Source: Tubiluchus corallicola
Lineage: Eukaryota > Animalia > Priapulida
Reading direction: 5' to 3'
NCBI GenBank assembly: GCA_030141605.1
Contig: JAQGDQ010001564.1
Coordinates: 1 to 34,605 of the forward strand
DNA length: 34,605 nucleotides
Below, in pieces: positions 1-10,760 of this stretch. Position numbers and translations under genes: made by a program. The notes below the pieces were generated by a model. It saw only the letters and a list, made by a program, of their open reading frames with translations, was not told the DNA's origin and searched no databases. Within the stretch, counting starts at the first letter, position 1. Each line of letters opens with the position of its first letter.

Positions 1-14
1 TCATCATCATCATC

Positions 15-46
<32 letters not shown>

Positions 47-50
47 CATC

Positions 51-107
<57 letters not shown>
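1..107. repeat. Compound microsatellite (TCA)n-(TTA)n
   Basis: Direct reading of the trinucleotide runs. Confidence 0.95.
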
Positions 108-108
<1 letters not shown>

Positions 109-372
109 GGTATTTTATTTTATTTTGCAGCTTTTGCGTTTTTTCGTTCATTTTACGCTTCTGCTCAGTCCTGGACAAATTCATATTTTTGGCTTCAGAC
201 GACAAATGAATATTTGTGTGAAATTTTAATTGTTCTGTTTTGTTTGATGCAGCAGCCATCTTGTATCCACGACAAATGAAACAACGTAATAGCACCTAAG
301 CTTATCCTCCTGCCTCATTTCGAAAACTTAATTAGACCAAGCTGATTTCAAATTAAAATGTTATTTTTTCAG

Positions 373-583
373 GTCATGTGAGCTGTCCTTCTGGTTGCTC
401 CCCCTTTAGCGCAGCTTCCCTCACCGGGCGTTGCTACTGCTACCAAGGAGTATCTAACCGTCTCTCTTTCGAGGATGCTGTACGGTACTGCCACTCTGAA
501 AGTGTCGGAGGAGAGCTATTGGTTGTGGATTCCGAAGATGTACAGAATGAAATCGAACAATTTCTAAGGACCGCTTCGGATGC
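373..583 (+). CDS. CTLD-EGF gene, exon A (N-half of C-type lectin domain 1); gene begins upstream of the window
   Basis: ttttttcag acceptor; encodes SCPSGC..GRCYCY..LSFEDAVRYC..GGELLVVDSEDVQNEI (CTLD N-terminal signature); GC|gtaaat donor, phase 2. Confidence 0.85.
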
Positions 584-868
584 GTAAATATTGTTCATAT
601 ATTAGTTAATATCAGGTGCGTATCAGCACTTTACTCTGTTTGGTATCGTATCGTATCATGATTGTACCACCAAATTTGTATCGTTTAGCATCCCTGCATC
701 CTTACTTACATCACCAATCCATCTCATCTGTTGAAAGTAATGATTCCGGCAAGAAATATTCCGGTTTCTACTGTATCAAGAGGCAGCAGCAAATTCTTCA
801 TCTGCTTCACTGCAGATAGTTTACGTGTCAGATGTATCTCCAACACACTTAATCGTAACAAGATCTAA

Positions 869-1191
869 GAATTATGAATTTATTCCACAGCAAATCGTAC
901 ATATAAACAGACATACGAATTGTTATTTCATTATAAAATAAAATAAACGAGTCATTGTGAGGATTAGGAGGAAGGAGCATTATGCTTTCGAGTCCTCCTC
1001 CAGATAAGTGGAACAATTGACAATTAAGATTACATAGTATTTTTATCAGTTATGACGTACATTAGAACAAAAAAAGTTTTGTTAGTAACTTAAGATCAGG
1101 ATGAGTAAAATTGTGTGTTAATTATACCGTTGTAGTAAGTAATTCTTTGATGCTTTTTTAAATTGATAAAGATTAACAGTTTTCATTTCAC
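869..1191 (-). mobile_element. 3' end of a CR1-like LINE (short copy of 19633-19943)
   Basis: Near-identical to 19633-19943. The minus strand encodes the ORF2 C-terminus (..LNLYQFKKASKNYLLQRYN*), then a 3'UTR hairpin (ggaggactcgaaagc..gctccttcctcc) and AATAAA. Confidence 0.75.
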
Positions 1192-1197
1192 TAAGGG

Positions 1198-1750
1198 TCC
1201 AAATATCTGGGTCATATTTTATCAGATGACAATAGAGATGATTTAGATATATTACGACAATGTTCAATTTACTATGGTAGAGCAAATAAATTACTCATGA
1301 AATTTTCTCACTGTTCAGTTAACGTGAAGAGACAATTGTTTAATGCTTACTGCACTACTTTTTATTGTATGTCCACTTGGAGACATTTTTATTCTTACAA
1401 TCTTAGCAAACTCAAGGTTGCATATAATGTATCAACACGGAAGCTGTTTAACTTTTCATATGATACGAGCGCTAGACATATTTCTACTAGACTTAATATT
1501 ATTTATTTTGATGTGATTCACAGAAAATGTGCATACAGTTTATACGTCAGTCTGAATAAGAGTGAAAATTTTATATGCAAGAACATTTTAAACAGTGATG
1601 CAAACTTTACTTCTGTAATTAGACGTCATTGGCGTAGTTTGTTATATCGTTAATTGTTATGTTTCATGATTTATTGTATTATTTGTATTAATTTGTGATG
1701 TGTATATGAACTTTGTAAAGTTTGAAATAAAATATTAAATCAAAATCAAA
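1198..1750 (+). mobile_element. 5'-truncated non-LTR retrotransposon (RTE-X-like ORF C-terminus plus 3'UTR)
   Basis: KYLGHILSDDNRDDLDILRQ..YGRANKLLMKFSHCSVNVKRQLFNAYCTTFY..W..KLKVAYN is a typical post-RT region; ends with AATAAA and an (AAATC)-like tail. Confidence 0.75.
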
Positions 1751-1823
1751 TGACCTAGCAAATTTGCAACAAACAAGTTGTAAGTGCACGAAATTGTTTA
1801 AATTCTTTTGCTTGTTTTTCTAG

Positions 1824-2059
1824 AGCTGGACCATCACTCATCGGACTGAGTAAAACCTATACTCACTCTGCTGACCGTTGGGCATGGCCAGCAGGTTACT
1901 TACACTTCTCTTTAAGTTCGTCTTATCACAACTTCCAGACCGCTCCAGAAAACGTCAAAATGTTAGAAGAGAAAAAATGTGTAGCAATTCACAAGCAGTC
2001 TTTTCATTGGAATTATAGGCGTTGCTATAAACCTTGGGGATTCTTCTGCGAAGCCATGG
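1824..2059 (+). CDS. CTLD-EGF gene, exon B (C-half of CTLD1)
   Basis: tttttctag acceptor in phase with exon A; SLIGLSK..WAW..KKCVAI..WNYRRCYKPWGFFCE; G|gtatgg donor, phase 1. Confidence 0.85.
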
Positions 2060-2098
2060 GTATGGTGGTTTCTCTAATTACATTGTAAATATTACTAC

Positions 2099-2659
2099 GT
2101 GTATGTTGGTTGGCATCCTTCTGTCTCGGAAGACAATGGAGTGTGCGCCAAGAGAGTCAGTTATTGATCACATTGATGGAGCTGCAGCGTCGACTGTGGT
2201 TGAACAGTGCGATCCTTGAACGTCTCCAGGGCGCACGCCTGGGCAAGGTGTATGGAGATCCTGAGTTGCCCAGACAACAGGAACCCCCTCTCTTCCTCGC
2301 TGGTGTAGTCCAAAGGAATGCGGAGCAATACGTTTGGCACCAGGTTGACTGCAGGAGCTGCCGGAGTCAGTGAGCATGCTGCACTGATCCGCCTTCGGAG
2401 CTCCACTCCTGATTTAGAAGGTTTACTCCTCTACACATGGCCATTGGGTCACTTGACTTCCTCCGCCCTCTAGCCGTTGGCTGCTTGTGCAGCTCCTCCG
2501 CCTAGTGTCGAGATACAGTGTGGGCATCCCGCAAGCCTACAGCACCTGGTATTCCTAGGCGGTCACCCCTCCAACTACTAACAAAGGCTCTACGTTGCTT
2601 AACTTCGGTGATCTGATGAGAACCGGTGTTTTCAACGTGATTTGGCCGTAGATTTACTG
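2099..2659 (-). mobile_element. 5S rRNA-derived SINE (SINE3) with RTE-like body, copy 1
   Basis: Minus-strand 5S-like head at about 2533-2652, then a body shared with 7894-8412 and 32742-33309; 24-bp TSD taattaca(t/a)tgtaaatattactac at 2075-2098 and 2660-2683. Confidence 0.9.
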
Positions 2660-2678
2660 TAATTACAATGTAAATATT

Positions 2679-2731
<53 letters not shown>

Positions 2732-2764
2732 ATTGTACAACTTGACGTTCTATATTTCTTACAG

Positions 2765-3048
2765 CTTGTCCAGAGGCAGGAGTTGGCTGGATATCTTCAG
2801 CTGAGTTTGGAACTTGCTACAAATATGTGGATAGCCAGATGAGCAACTCGGAAGCCAAGTACTATTGCAGCAATATAGATACTGGCTCCCATGAATACGT
2901 GGTTTCCTTGCTTGTTGTTAGAAGCACGGCTGAAATGCAGTACCTAAAGGATAGATTGGCTGGCACCACTAACACTGTGTGGACGGCTTTGTGCAGTAGT
3001 GGATCACAATGGATGTGGAATGATGGAACGGTCCCTGATGATATGATT
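2765..3048 (+). CDS. CTLD-EGF gene, exon C (N-part of CTLD2)
   Basis: tttcttacag acceptor; ACPEAGVGW..FGTCYKYV..SNSEAKYYC..LLVVRSTAEMQYL..VWTAL..WMWNDGT; ATT|gtaagt donor, phase 0. Confidence 0.88.
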
Positions 3049-3101
3049 GTAAGTCAGATTAATACTACATTAAGAAACCTCCAATGTCTACCAATAATAT
3101 A

Positions 3102-3797
3102 GGTTTTACACATCAAATGTAGACACAGGACAGTTCAAATGTGACTTAGGTAAGTCAAATGTAGACATAGAATTCTACATTTTATTTGTCAACGTTTTAC
3201 AAAAAATGTCGGCAGAAAAGAATAAATCGGTTCCTACTTCCCAATGAACAGTGAATCACTAATTAGTTTTTTAAGTAATGCATTAGCACTGCATTAATGA
3301 ATTAGTTTCTCTCGAGAAACATTGTTTATTTTAAGAATGTATTGTTTTCTCTAACAGTTCCAATGGTATGTTCCAAGTTTACAGAATATTAGTGAGCTAT
3401 TAGTAGACCCATAACGTTTTTATTTTCACAGCAATTATTAAATTAAGATTAAAGGAGATTAAATTTTACATCCTTAAGCTTTACACATCCGCATTTGAGA
3501 TACCAATGTCACATTTGACTTGACATGTGTCTACATTTGACTTACCAAAAACGCTCAAGATTTGTTGAAAGCCATTGTTAACACATTTGAACTACTTAAG
3601 TCTACATTTGAGATACCAATGTCACATTTGACTTGACATGTGTCTACATTTGACTTACCAAAAACGCTCAAGATTTCTTGAAAACTATTGTTAACACATT
3701 TGAACTACCTAAGTCTACATTTGAGTTTCCAAGACACATTTGAATTACCTAAATCTACATTTGAGCTAACGTCGGTCTACATTTGACATGTAAAACC
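3102..3797. mobile_element. Foldback/MITE-like element with TIRs and subterminal GTCTACATTTGA repeats
   Basis: ggttttacacatcaaatgtagac ... gtctacatttgacatgtaaaacc inverted termini flanked by TA; many inward-facing copies of the tcaaatgtagac motif and an internal ~113-bp tandem duplication. Confidence 0.75.
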
Positions 3798-4127
3798 TAT
3801 ATTAGTAGAACGAATTTATTGTTCAAATTTATCATTTCAATTTGCAAATTATTAAATGTTTTTGCAGTTCCTACCAATTCCTCGAAAAGCGACTTTTCTA
3901 TAATTATGGAAACTTTCTTTACCAATGTCAAAATGACTGGTCTGTAACTCAAGGACTGTCAAAATTACTGTCGTTTAACTGACTGACTGTCAAAATTACT
4001 GTCCTTTAACTGACTGACTGTCAAAATGACTCTCCATTATCGTGATGAAGGAACGAAGTGCAGTAATTGGTAATCAATCGACAGTATAAAGTGTACAGAA
4101 ATATGGCCTCTGTTTTGCATTTTTTAG

Positions 4128-4248
4128 TTACAAGCATTGGAAGTTGCAACTGCTACAACAGAAGATGATGGTAAATGCATTGGATACAAAGACGGCAAGT
4201 TTGGACAACTGGCTGATAAGGAAACTTTGCCATTCATATGTAAACTGG
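4128..4248 (+). CDS. CTLD-EGF gene, exon D (C-part of CTLD2)
   Basis: tttttag acceptor, phase 0; LQALEVATATTEDDGKCIGYKDGKFGQLADKETLPFICKL (C..PFIC closure of a CTLD); G|gtacgt donor, phase 1. Confidence 0.85.
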
Positions 4249-4456
4249 GTACGTGCCTGTAGGTATATATGCAGACTGTAGACGAGCCTTTAGGTGTGAT
4301 AAATCCACGCTCAGTGTCGAAGAAGCGCATTCACTCAGTTGTTGAAGTTTCCATTAAGTTTCAACGTGTCCTGCACGATTTCTAAACAAATGGCATGTTT
4401 GTTGCATTGTTGTTCATTTTATTTTTGTTCATTTAGATAAATTGCTGTCACATTAA

Positions 4457-4916
4457 CCCTTTCATACCCGTTGTATCCCGTGGGATACGAGAATATTCTC
4501 TGCCTTTAAAATTAATAAAATTTTAAAACTGAGAGTTATTTGATCTGTTAATAGTTATTTTGATTTAAGCCAATAACAATAAACTAAAAATAGTGATAAA
4601 ATGGCAAACTAGAAAATCTACATAACATAAAAAACTGCACAAGGTACAGTACTTCAGAGATGACTTTGTACAGATCAGCATTGCATGCATACTAAATGTC
4701 TTAAATACTTTAAAAAATTACCAGCAGTTGCAAAATGAAGCACATTTTATGCTTCCATTGCATCCCAATGTATCCCGTGGGATACAGGCTATATTTAGCA
4801 CGCGGGCACAGGTAGAAAAAAATGATTATTATGTGTCAACAAGATGGACATACTGAACAAATGTACCAAGCCAAAAAAATTTTTCTTATTAAAAAAATAA
4901 TTTGGGACTGAAAGGG
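4457..4916. mobile_element. Non-autonomous piggyBac-type MITE, copy 1
   Basis: TTAA|CCCTTTCA...TGAAAGGG|TTAA; two internal gtatcccgtgggatac palindromes; near-identical copy at 18779-19235. Confidence 0.88.
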
Positions 4917-4946
4917 TTAATTGGCTGAACATACTTTTCGGTTTAG

Positions 4947-7736
4947 ATAAAGATGAATGCAGAAAAGGACACGATTGCAACAAACTGGCAACCTGCCACA
5001 ACGCCGTGGGAAGCTTCAAGTGCATTTGCAACAATGGTTATGAAGGCAATGGTGTAATCTGTGTTGACACAAATGAATGTTCTTCTGGTGTAGCAAAGTG
5101 TCATACAAATGCTGCATGTTCTAACACTGATGGCAGCTACGAATGTTCTTGTAACTCTGGACACACTGGTAATGGCGTCATCTGCACTGATATTGATGAA
5201 TGTTCTTCTGGTGTAGCAAAGTGTCATGCAAATGCTGCATGCTCTAACACTGATGGCAGTTACGAATGTTCTTGTAACTCTGGATACACTGGTAATGGCG
5301 TCATCTGCACTGATATTGATGAATGTTCTTCTGGGGTAGCAAAGTGTCATGCAAATGCTGCATGCTCTAACACTGATGGCAGTTACGAATGCTCTTGTAA
5401 CTCTGGATACACTGGTAATGGCATCATCTGCACTGATATTGATGAATGTTCTTCTGGTGTAGCAAAGTGTCATGCAAATGCTGCATGCTCTAACACTGAT
5501 GGCAGTTACGAATGCTCTTGTAACTCTGGATACACTGGTAATGGCATCATCTGCACTGATATTGATGAATGTTCTTCTGTTGTAGCAAAGTGTCATGCAA
5601 ATGCTGCATGCTCTAACACTGATGGCAGTTACGAATGTTCTTGTAACTCTGGATACAAAGGTAATGGTGTCATCTGCACTGATATTGATGAATGTTCTTC
5701 TGTTGTAGCAAAGTGTCATGCAAATGCTGCATGCTCTAACACTGATGGCAGTTACGAATGTTCTTGTAACTCTGGATACAAAGGTAATGGCGTCATCTGC
5801 ACTGATATTGATGAATGTTCTTCTGGGGTAGCAAAGTGTCATGCAAATGCTGCATGCTCTAACACTGATGGCAGTTACGAATGTTCTTGTAACTCTGGAT
5901 ACACTGGTGATGGAGTCATCTGCACTGATATTGATGAATGTTCTTCTGGGGTAGCAAAGTGTCATGCAAATGCTGCATGCTCTAACACTGATGGCAGTTA
6001 CGAATGTTCTTGTAACTCTGGATACACTGGTAATGGCGTCATCTGCACTGATATTGATGAATGTTCTTCTGGGGTAGCAAAGTGTCATGCAAATGCTGCA
6101 TGTTCTAACACTGATGGCAGTTACGAATGTTCTTGTAACTCTGGATACACTGGTAATGGCGTCATCTGCACTGATATTGATGAATGTTCTTCTGGTGTAG
6201 CAAAGTGTCATGCAAATGCTGCATGCTCTAACACTGATGGCAGTTACGAATGTTCTTGTAACTCTGGATACAAAGGTGATGGAGTCATCTGCACTGATAT
6301 TGATGAATGTTCTTCTGGGGTAGCAAAGTGTCATGCAAATGCTGCATGCTCTAACACTGATGGCAGTTACGAATGCTCTTGTAACTCTGGATACAAAGGT
6401 GATGGTGTTTCCTGCACTGACATTGATGAATGTTCTTCTGACACAAAAAATTGTCATGCAAATGCTGCATGTTCTAACACTGATGGCAGTTACGAATGTT
6501 CTTGTAACTCTGGATACACTGGTAATGGCGTCATCTGCACTGATATTGATGAATGTTCTTCTGGGGTAGCAAAGTGTCATGCAAATGCTGCATGCTCTAA
6601 AACTGATGACGGTTACGAATGTTCTTGTAACTCTGGATACACTGGTAATGGCGTCATCTGCACTGATATTGATGAATGTTCTTCTGGTGTAGCAAAGTGT
6701 CATGCAAATGCTGCATGTTCTAACACTGATGGCAGTTACGAATGTTCTTGTAACTCTGGATACAAAGGTGATGGTGTCATCTGCACTGATATTGATGAAT
6801 GTTCTTCTGTTGTAGCAAAGTGTCATGCAAATGCTGCATGCTCTAACACTGATGGCAGTTACGAATGCTCTTGTAACTCTGGATACAAAGGTGATGGTGT
6901 CATCTGCACTGATATTGATGAATGTTCTTCTGTTGTAGCAAAGTGTCATGCAAATGCTGCATGTTCTAACACTGGTGGCAGTTACGAATGTTCTTGTAAC
7001 TCTGGATACAAAGGTGATGGTGTCATCTGCACTGATATTGATGAATGTTCTTCTGTTGTAGCAAAGTGTCATGCAAATGCTGCATGCTCTAACACTGATG
7101 GCAGTTACGAATGCTCTTGTAACTCTGGATACAAAGGTGATGGTGTCATCTGCACTGATATTGATGAATGTTCTTCTGTTGTAGCAAAGTGTCATGCAAA
7201 TGCTGCATGTTCTAACACTGGTGGCAGTTACGAATGTTCTTGTAACTCTGGATACAAAGGTGATGGCGTCATCTGCACTGATATTGATGAATGTTCTTCT
7301 AGTGTAGCAAAGTGTCATGCAAATGCTGCATGTTCTAACACTGATGGCAGTTACGGATGTTCTTGTAACTCTGGATACAAAGGTGATGGAGACATCTGCA
7401 CTGATATTGATGAATGTTCTTCTGGTGTAGCAAAGTGTCATGCAAATGCTGCATGTTCTAACATTGATGGCAGTTACGAATGTTCTTGTAACTCTGGATA
7501 CACTGGTAATGGCGTCATCTGCACTGATATTGATGAATGTTCTTCTGGTGTAGCAAAGTGTCATGCAAATGCTGCATGCTCTAACACTGATGGCAGTTAC
7601 GAATGCTCTTGTAACTCTGGATACAAAGGTGATGGAGTCATCTGCACTGATATTGATGAATGTAGTGAGATCTTCACGCATTTCTGCACTACACAAGAAG
7701 TATGCGTCAATACATTTGGCAGTTATACGTGCAAAG
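4947..7736 (+). CDS. CTLD-EGF gene, exon E: 2790-bp exon of calcium-binding EGF domains (1 unique + 21 tandem 41-aa repeats + 1 truncated)
   Basis: gtttag acceptor in phase 1 (DKDEC..); unit DIDECSSGVAKCHANAACSNTDGSYECSCNSGY(T/K)G(N/D)GVICT matches the cbEGF consensus; AAAG|gtacag donor. Confidence 0.92.
5066..7648 (+). repeat. Coding tandem repeat, 21 x 123 bp
   Basis: Units near-identical at nucleotide level, including synonymous sites; no indels. Confidence 0.95.
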
Positions 7737-7893
7737 GTACAGTATTGAACATTAAAAGTTTATTTTTGGCAACCTTTTTTTAATTTGGGAAAAATAAGCC
7801 CATAATACTAAACTTGCGGACAGCAATAATATCTCCAATATATTTAAATATATTATTACTATTATCATTATCGTTATCATTATCATTATCATT

Positions 7894-8412
7894 GGTTGGC
7901 ATCCTTCTGTCTCCGAAGACAATGGCGTGTGCGCCAAGAGAGTCAGTTATTGATCACATTGATGGAGCTGCAGCGTCGACTGTGGCTGAGCAGCGCGATC
8001 CTTGAACGTCTCCAGGGCGTACGCCAGGGCAGGGTGTATGGAGATCCCGAGTTGCCCAGACTACAGGAACCCTCTCTTCCTCCCTGGTGTAGTCCAAAGG
8101 AAAGTGGAGCGATACGTGTGACACCAGGTTGGCTGCAGGAGCTGCCGGAGTCAGTGAGCATGCTGCACTGGTCCGCCTTCGGGGCTCCACTCCTGATTTG
8201 GAAGGTTTACTCCTCTACACATGGCCGTTGGGTCACTTGACCTCCTCCGTCCTCTAGCCGTTAGCTGCTTGTGCAGGTCCTCCGCCTAGTGTCGAGATAC
8301 AGTTTGGGCATCCCGCAAGCCTACACCCATCCAAGTACCAACCAAGCTCTACGTTGCTTAACTTCGGTGATCAGACTAGAACCGGTGTTTTCAACTTGAT
8401 TTGGCTGTAGTC
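7894..8412 (-). mobile_element. 5S-derived SINE3, copy 2 (internal deletion in the 5S head)
   Basis: Same body as copies 1 and 3; 5S head lacks about 24 nt of its 3' half; inserted within an (ATTATC)n microsatellite that flanks both sides. Confidence 0.9.
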
Positions 8413-8685
8413 TATCATTATCATTATCATTATCATTATTGTTACTGTTAAATTAAAGGTAGAATAGATGTGATTATTGGAGAATCTTATTTAGATTTCA
8501 TGGAGTATCTTTAGCATTATCATTATCGTTATCGTTATCATTATCATTATCGATATAATTATCGTTATCGTTATCGTTATCGTTATCGTTATCCTTATCG
8601 CTATCATTATCATTATCATTATTATTACTGTTATTACCTAAGGTAAAGTATTTATACAGAAGTTTAATACTCTCGTTTTTCACAG

Positions 8686-8880
8686 TAATGAAACTTAAGT
8701 TTGCTTGAGTATGACACAAACCTAAGTGAACAGCTGGGCAAAGAAGACACGCAAGGAAGTAAGTAGAGACTATTTTAACAATTTTCAAAAGTGCCTTTTT
8801 GTTGCTTTTATAGTTTTTTAAAGGGACTGATAGCGTTTTTGTGACCACATTTGTGTTGCTCGAGTATGGTGGACAAAGTT
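8686..8880 (+). CDS. Candidate downstream exon(s) of the CTLD-EGF gene (8686-8758 and 8814-8880), apparently frameshifted
   Basis: Strong acceptors (tttttcacag, ttttatag) and donors (gtaagt, gtaaga). As assembled, phase 1 gives VMKLKFA* (stop 8706-8708); removing one T at about 8700 opens both exons. Confidence 0.4.
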
Positions 8881-8909
8881 GTAAGATTTTAGAATTGCGG
8901 TCGTTTCTT

Positions 8910-9340
8910 CTCCTCTTTTCCTTCTTAATATCCCTAATCTTACTATTTTTCCATTTCATCATGTGTACTAACCCTAACCGTTCGTTCATTCACTCATCCT
9001 CCCCTCCCTTCCTTCTTCCTATCCCTAATCTTACTATTTTTTCCATTCCATCATGTCTACTAACCCTAACCATTCTTTCATTCACTCATCCTCCCCTCCC
9101 TTCCTTCTTCCTATCCCTAACCTCACTATTTTTTCCATTCCATCATGTCTACTAACCCTAACCATTCTTTCATTCACTCATCCTCCCCTCCCTTCCTTCT
9201 TCCTATCCCTAATCTTACTATTTTTCATTCCATCATGTCTACTAACCCTAAGCATTCTTTCATTCACTCATCCTGTCCTCCCTTCCTTCTTCCTATCTCT
9301 AATCTTACTATTTTTCATTCCATCATGTCTACTAACCCTA
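8910..9340. repeat. Pyrimidine-rich tandem repeat, about 5 x 90-92 bp, containing CTAACCCTAACC
   Basis: atgt(g/c)tactaaccctaa recurs at 8961, 9053, 9145, 9235 and 9325. Confidence 0.9.
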
Positions 9341-9677
9341 GATTGATTGATTGGTTGGTTGGTTGGTTGGTTGTTTGGTTGGTTGGTTGCTTTCTTGGTT
9401 GGTTGGTTGCTTGCTTGCTTGCTTGCTTGGTTGGTTGACGGACGGACGGACGGACGGACGGACGGACGGACGGACGGACGGACGGACGGACGGACGGACG
9501 GACGGACGGACGGACTGACTGACTGACTGACTGACTGACTGACTGACTGACTGACTGACTGACTGACTGACTGACTGACTGACTGACTGACTGACTGACT
9601 GACTGACTGACTGACTGACTGACTGACTGACTGACTGACTGACTGATTGATGGATTGATCGATCGATCGATTGATTG
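9341..9677. repeat. Compound tetranucleotide microsatellite (GATT/GGTT/GCTT/GACG/GACT/GATC)
   Basis: Direct reading; explains the spurious QSVS/RPSV ORFs. Confidence 0.95.
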
Positions 9678-10033
9678 AGAATAGTTAAGGCGGCTAGCAG
9701 AACCATACATGTTGCACTATAAGAATTCGAAAAAACATTATGTCGAGTATTTGGAAGAAACAGCATTACACGATGCATGCAGTTGCGTTATAAACTATTA
9801 TGTTGCTTACAGGTAGGTAAATTTTAAACTTTTTTTCAATCTGTCCTCGGGATAAGTGTGAATGATTTTAGAATTAACAGTGAGCAGTGCTTGTAGGCGT
9901 TTGCAAGGCGAAATGCTTATGTTAAAATGTATGTGCAGTGTGGACGCATGCTCCTGCGTGTGTGTGTTGTGTAGGTGCGCGTGCGCGTGCGCGTGCGTGG
10001 GTGTGCGTGATTGTGCTTATTTTACATAGACCG

Positions 10034-10760
10034 TTACTTAAATGTAGCTGTGCAGCTTACTTGAATGTAGTCATGCAGCTTACTTGAATGTAGCCATGCA
10101 GCTTACTTTACTGTAACTGTGCAGCTTACTTGAATGTAGCCATGCAGCTTACTTTACTGTAACTGTGCAGCTTACTTGAATGTAGTCACGCAGCTTACTT
10201 TACTGTAGCTGTGCAGCTTACTTGAATGTAGCCATGCAGCTTACTTTACTGTAACTGTGCAGCTTACTTGAATGTAGTCATGCAGCTTACTTTACTGTAG
10301 CTGTGCAGCTTACTTGATGTAGCTGTGCAGCTTACTTTACTGCAGCTGTGCAGCTTACTTTACTGCAGCTGTGCAGCTTACTTTACTGTAGCTGTGCAGC
10401 TTACTTGAATGTAGTCACGCAGCTTACTTTACTGTAGCTGTGCAGCTTACTTGAATGTAGCTGTGCAGCTTACTTTACTGCAGCTGTGCAGCTTACTTTA
10501 CTGTAACTGTGCAGCTTACTTGAATGTAGTCACGCAGCTTACTTTACTGTAGCTGTGCAGCTTACTTGAATGTAGCTGTGCAGCTTACTTTACTGCAGCT
10601 GTGCAGCTTACTTGAATGTAGCCATGCAGCTTACTTTACTGTAACTGTGCAGCTTACTTGAATGTGGTCATGCAGCTTACTTTACTGTAGCTGTGCAGCT
10701 TACTTGATGTAACTGTGCAGCTTACTTGAATGTAGCCATGCAGCTTACTTGTCTTTAGCT
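10034..10760. repeat. 23-bp minisatellite (about 31 units) with alternating variants
   Basis: gcagcttacttgaatgtagccat alternates with gcagcttactttactgtaactgt. Confidence 0.92.

Noticed and set aside
2034-2406. ORFs recurring at 2.1, 7.9 and 33 kb (MASFCL.., MEPRRR..)
   Set aside because: Incidental frames in the GC-rich SINE body; they differ by frameshifts between copies.
2612-2625. Hammerhead-like CTGATGA
   Set aside because: Antisense of a mutated 5S head; no stem II or GAAA partner, and absent from the other copies.
4943-7696. 917-aa antisense ORF
   Set aside because: Shadow of the EGF repeat: one stop-free antisense unit propagated 21 times; no domain sense.
8498-9778. Low-complexity ORFs (NDND, QSVS, RPSV, LTILSF)
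   Set aside because: Translations of micro- and minisatellites.
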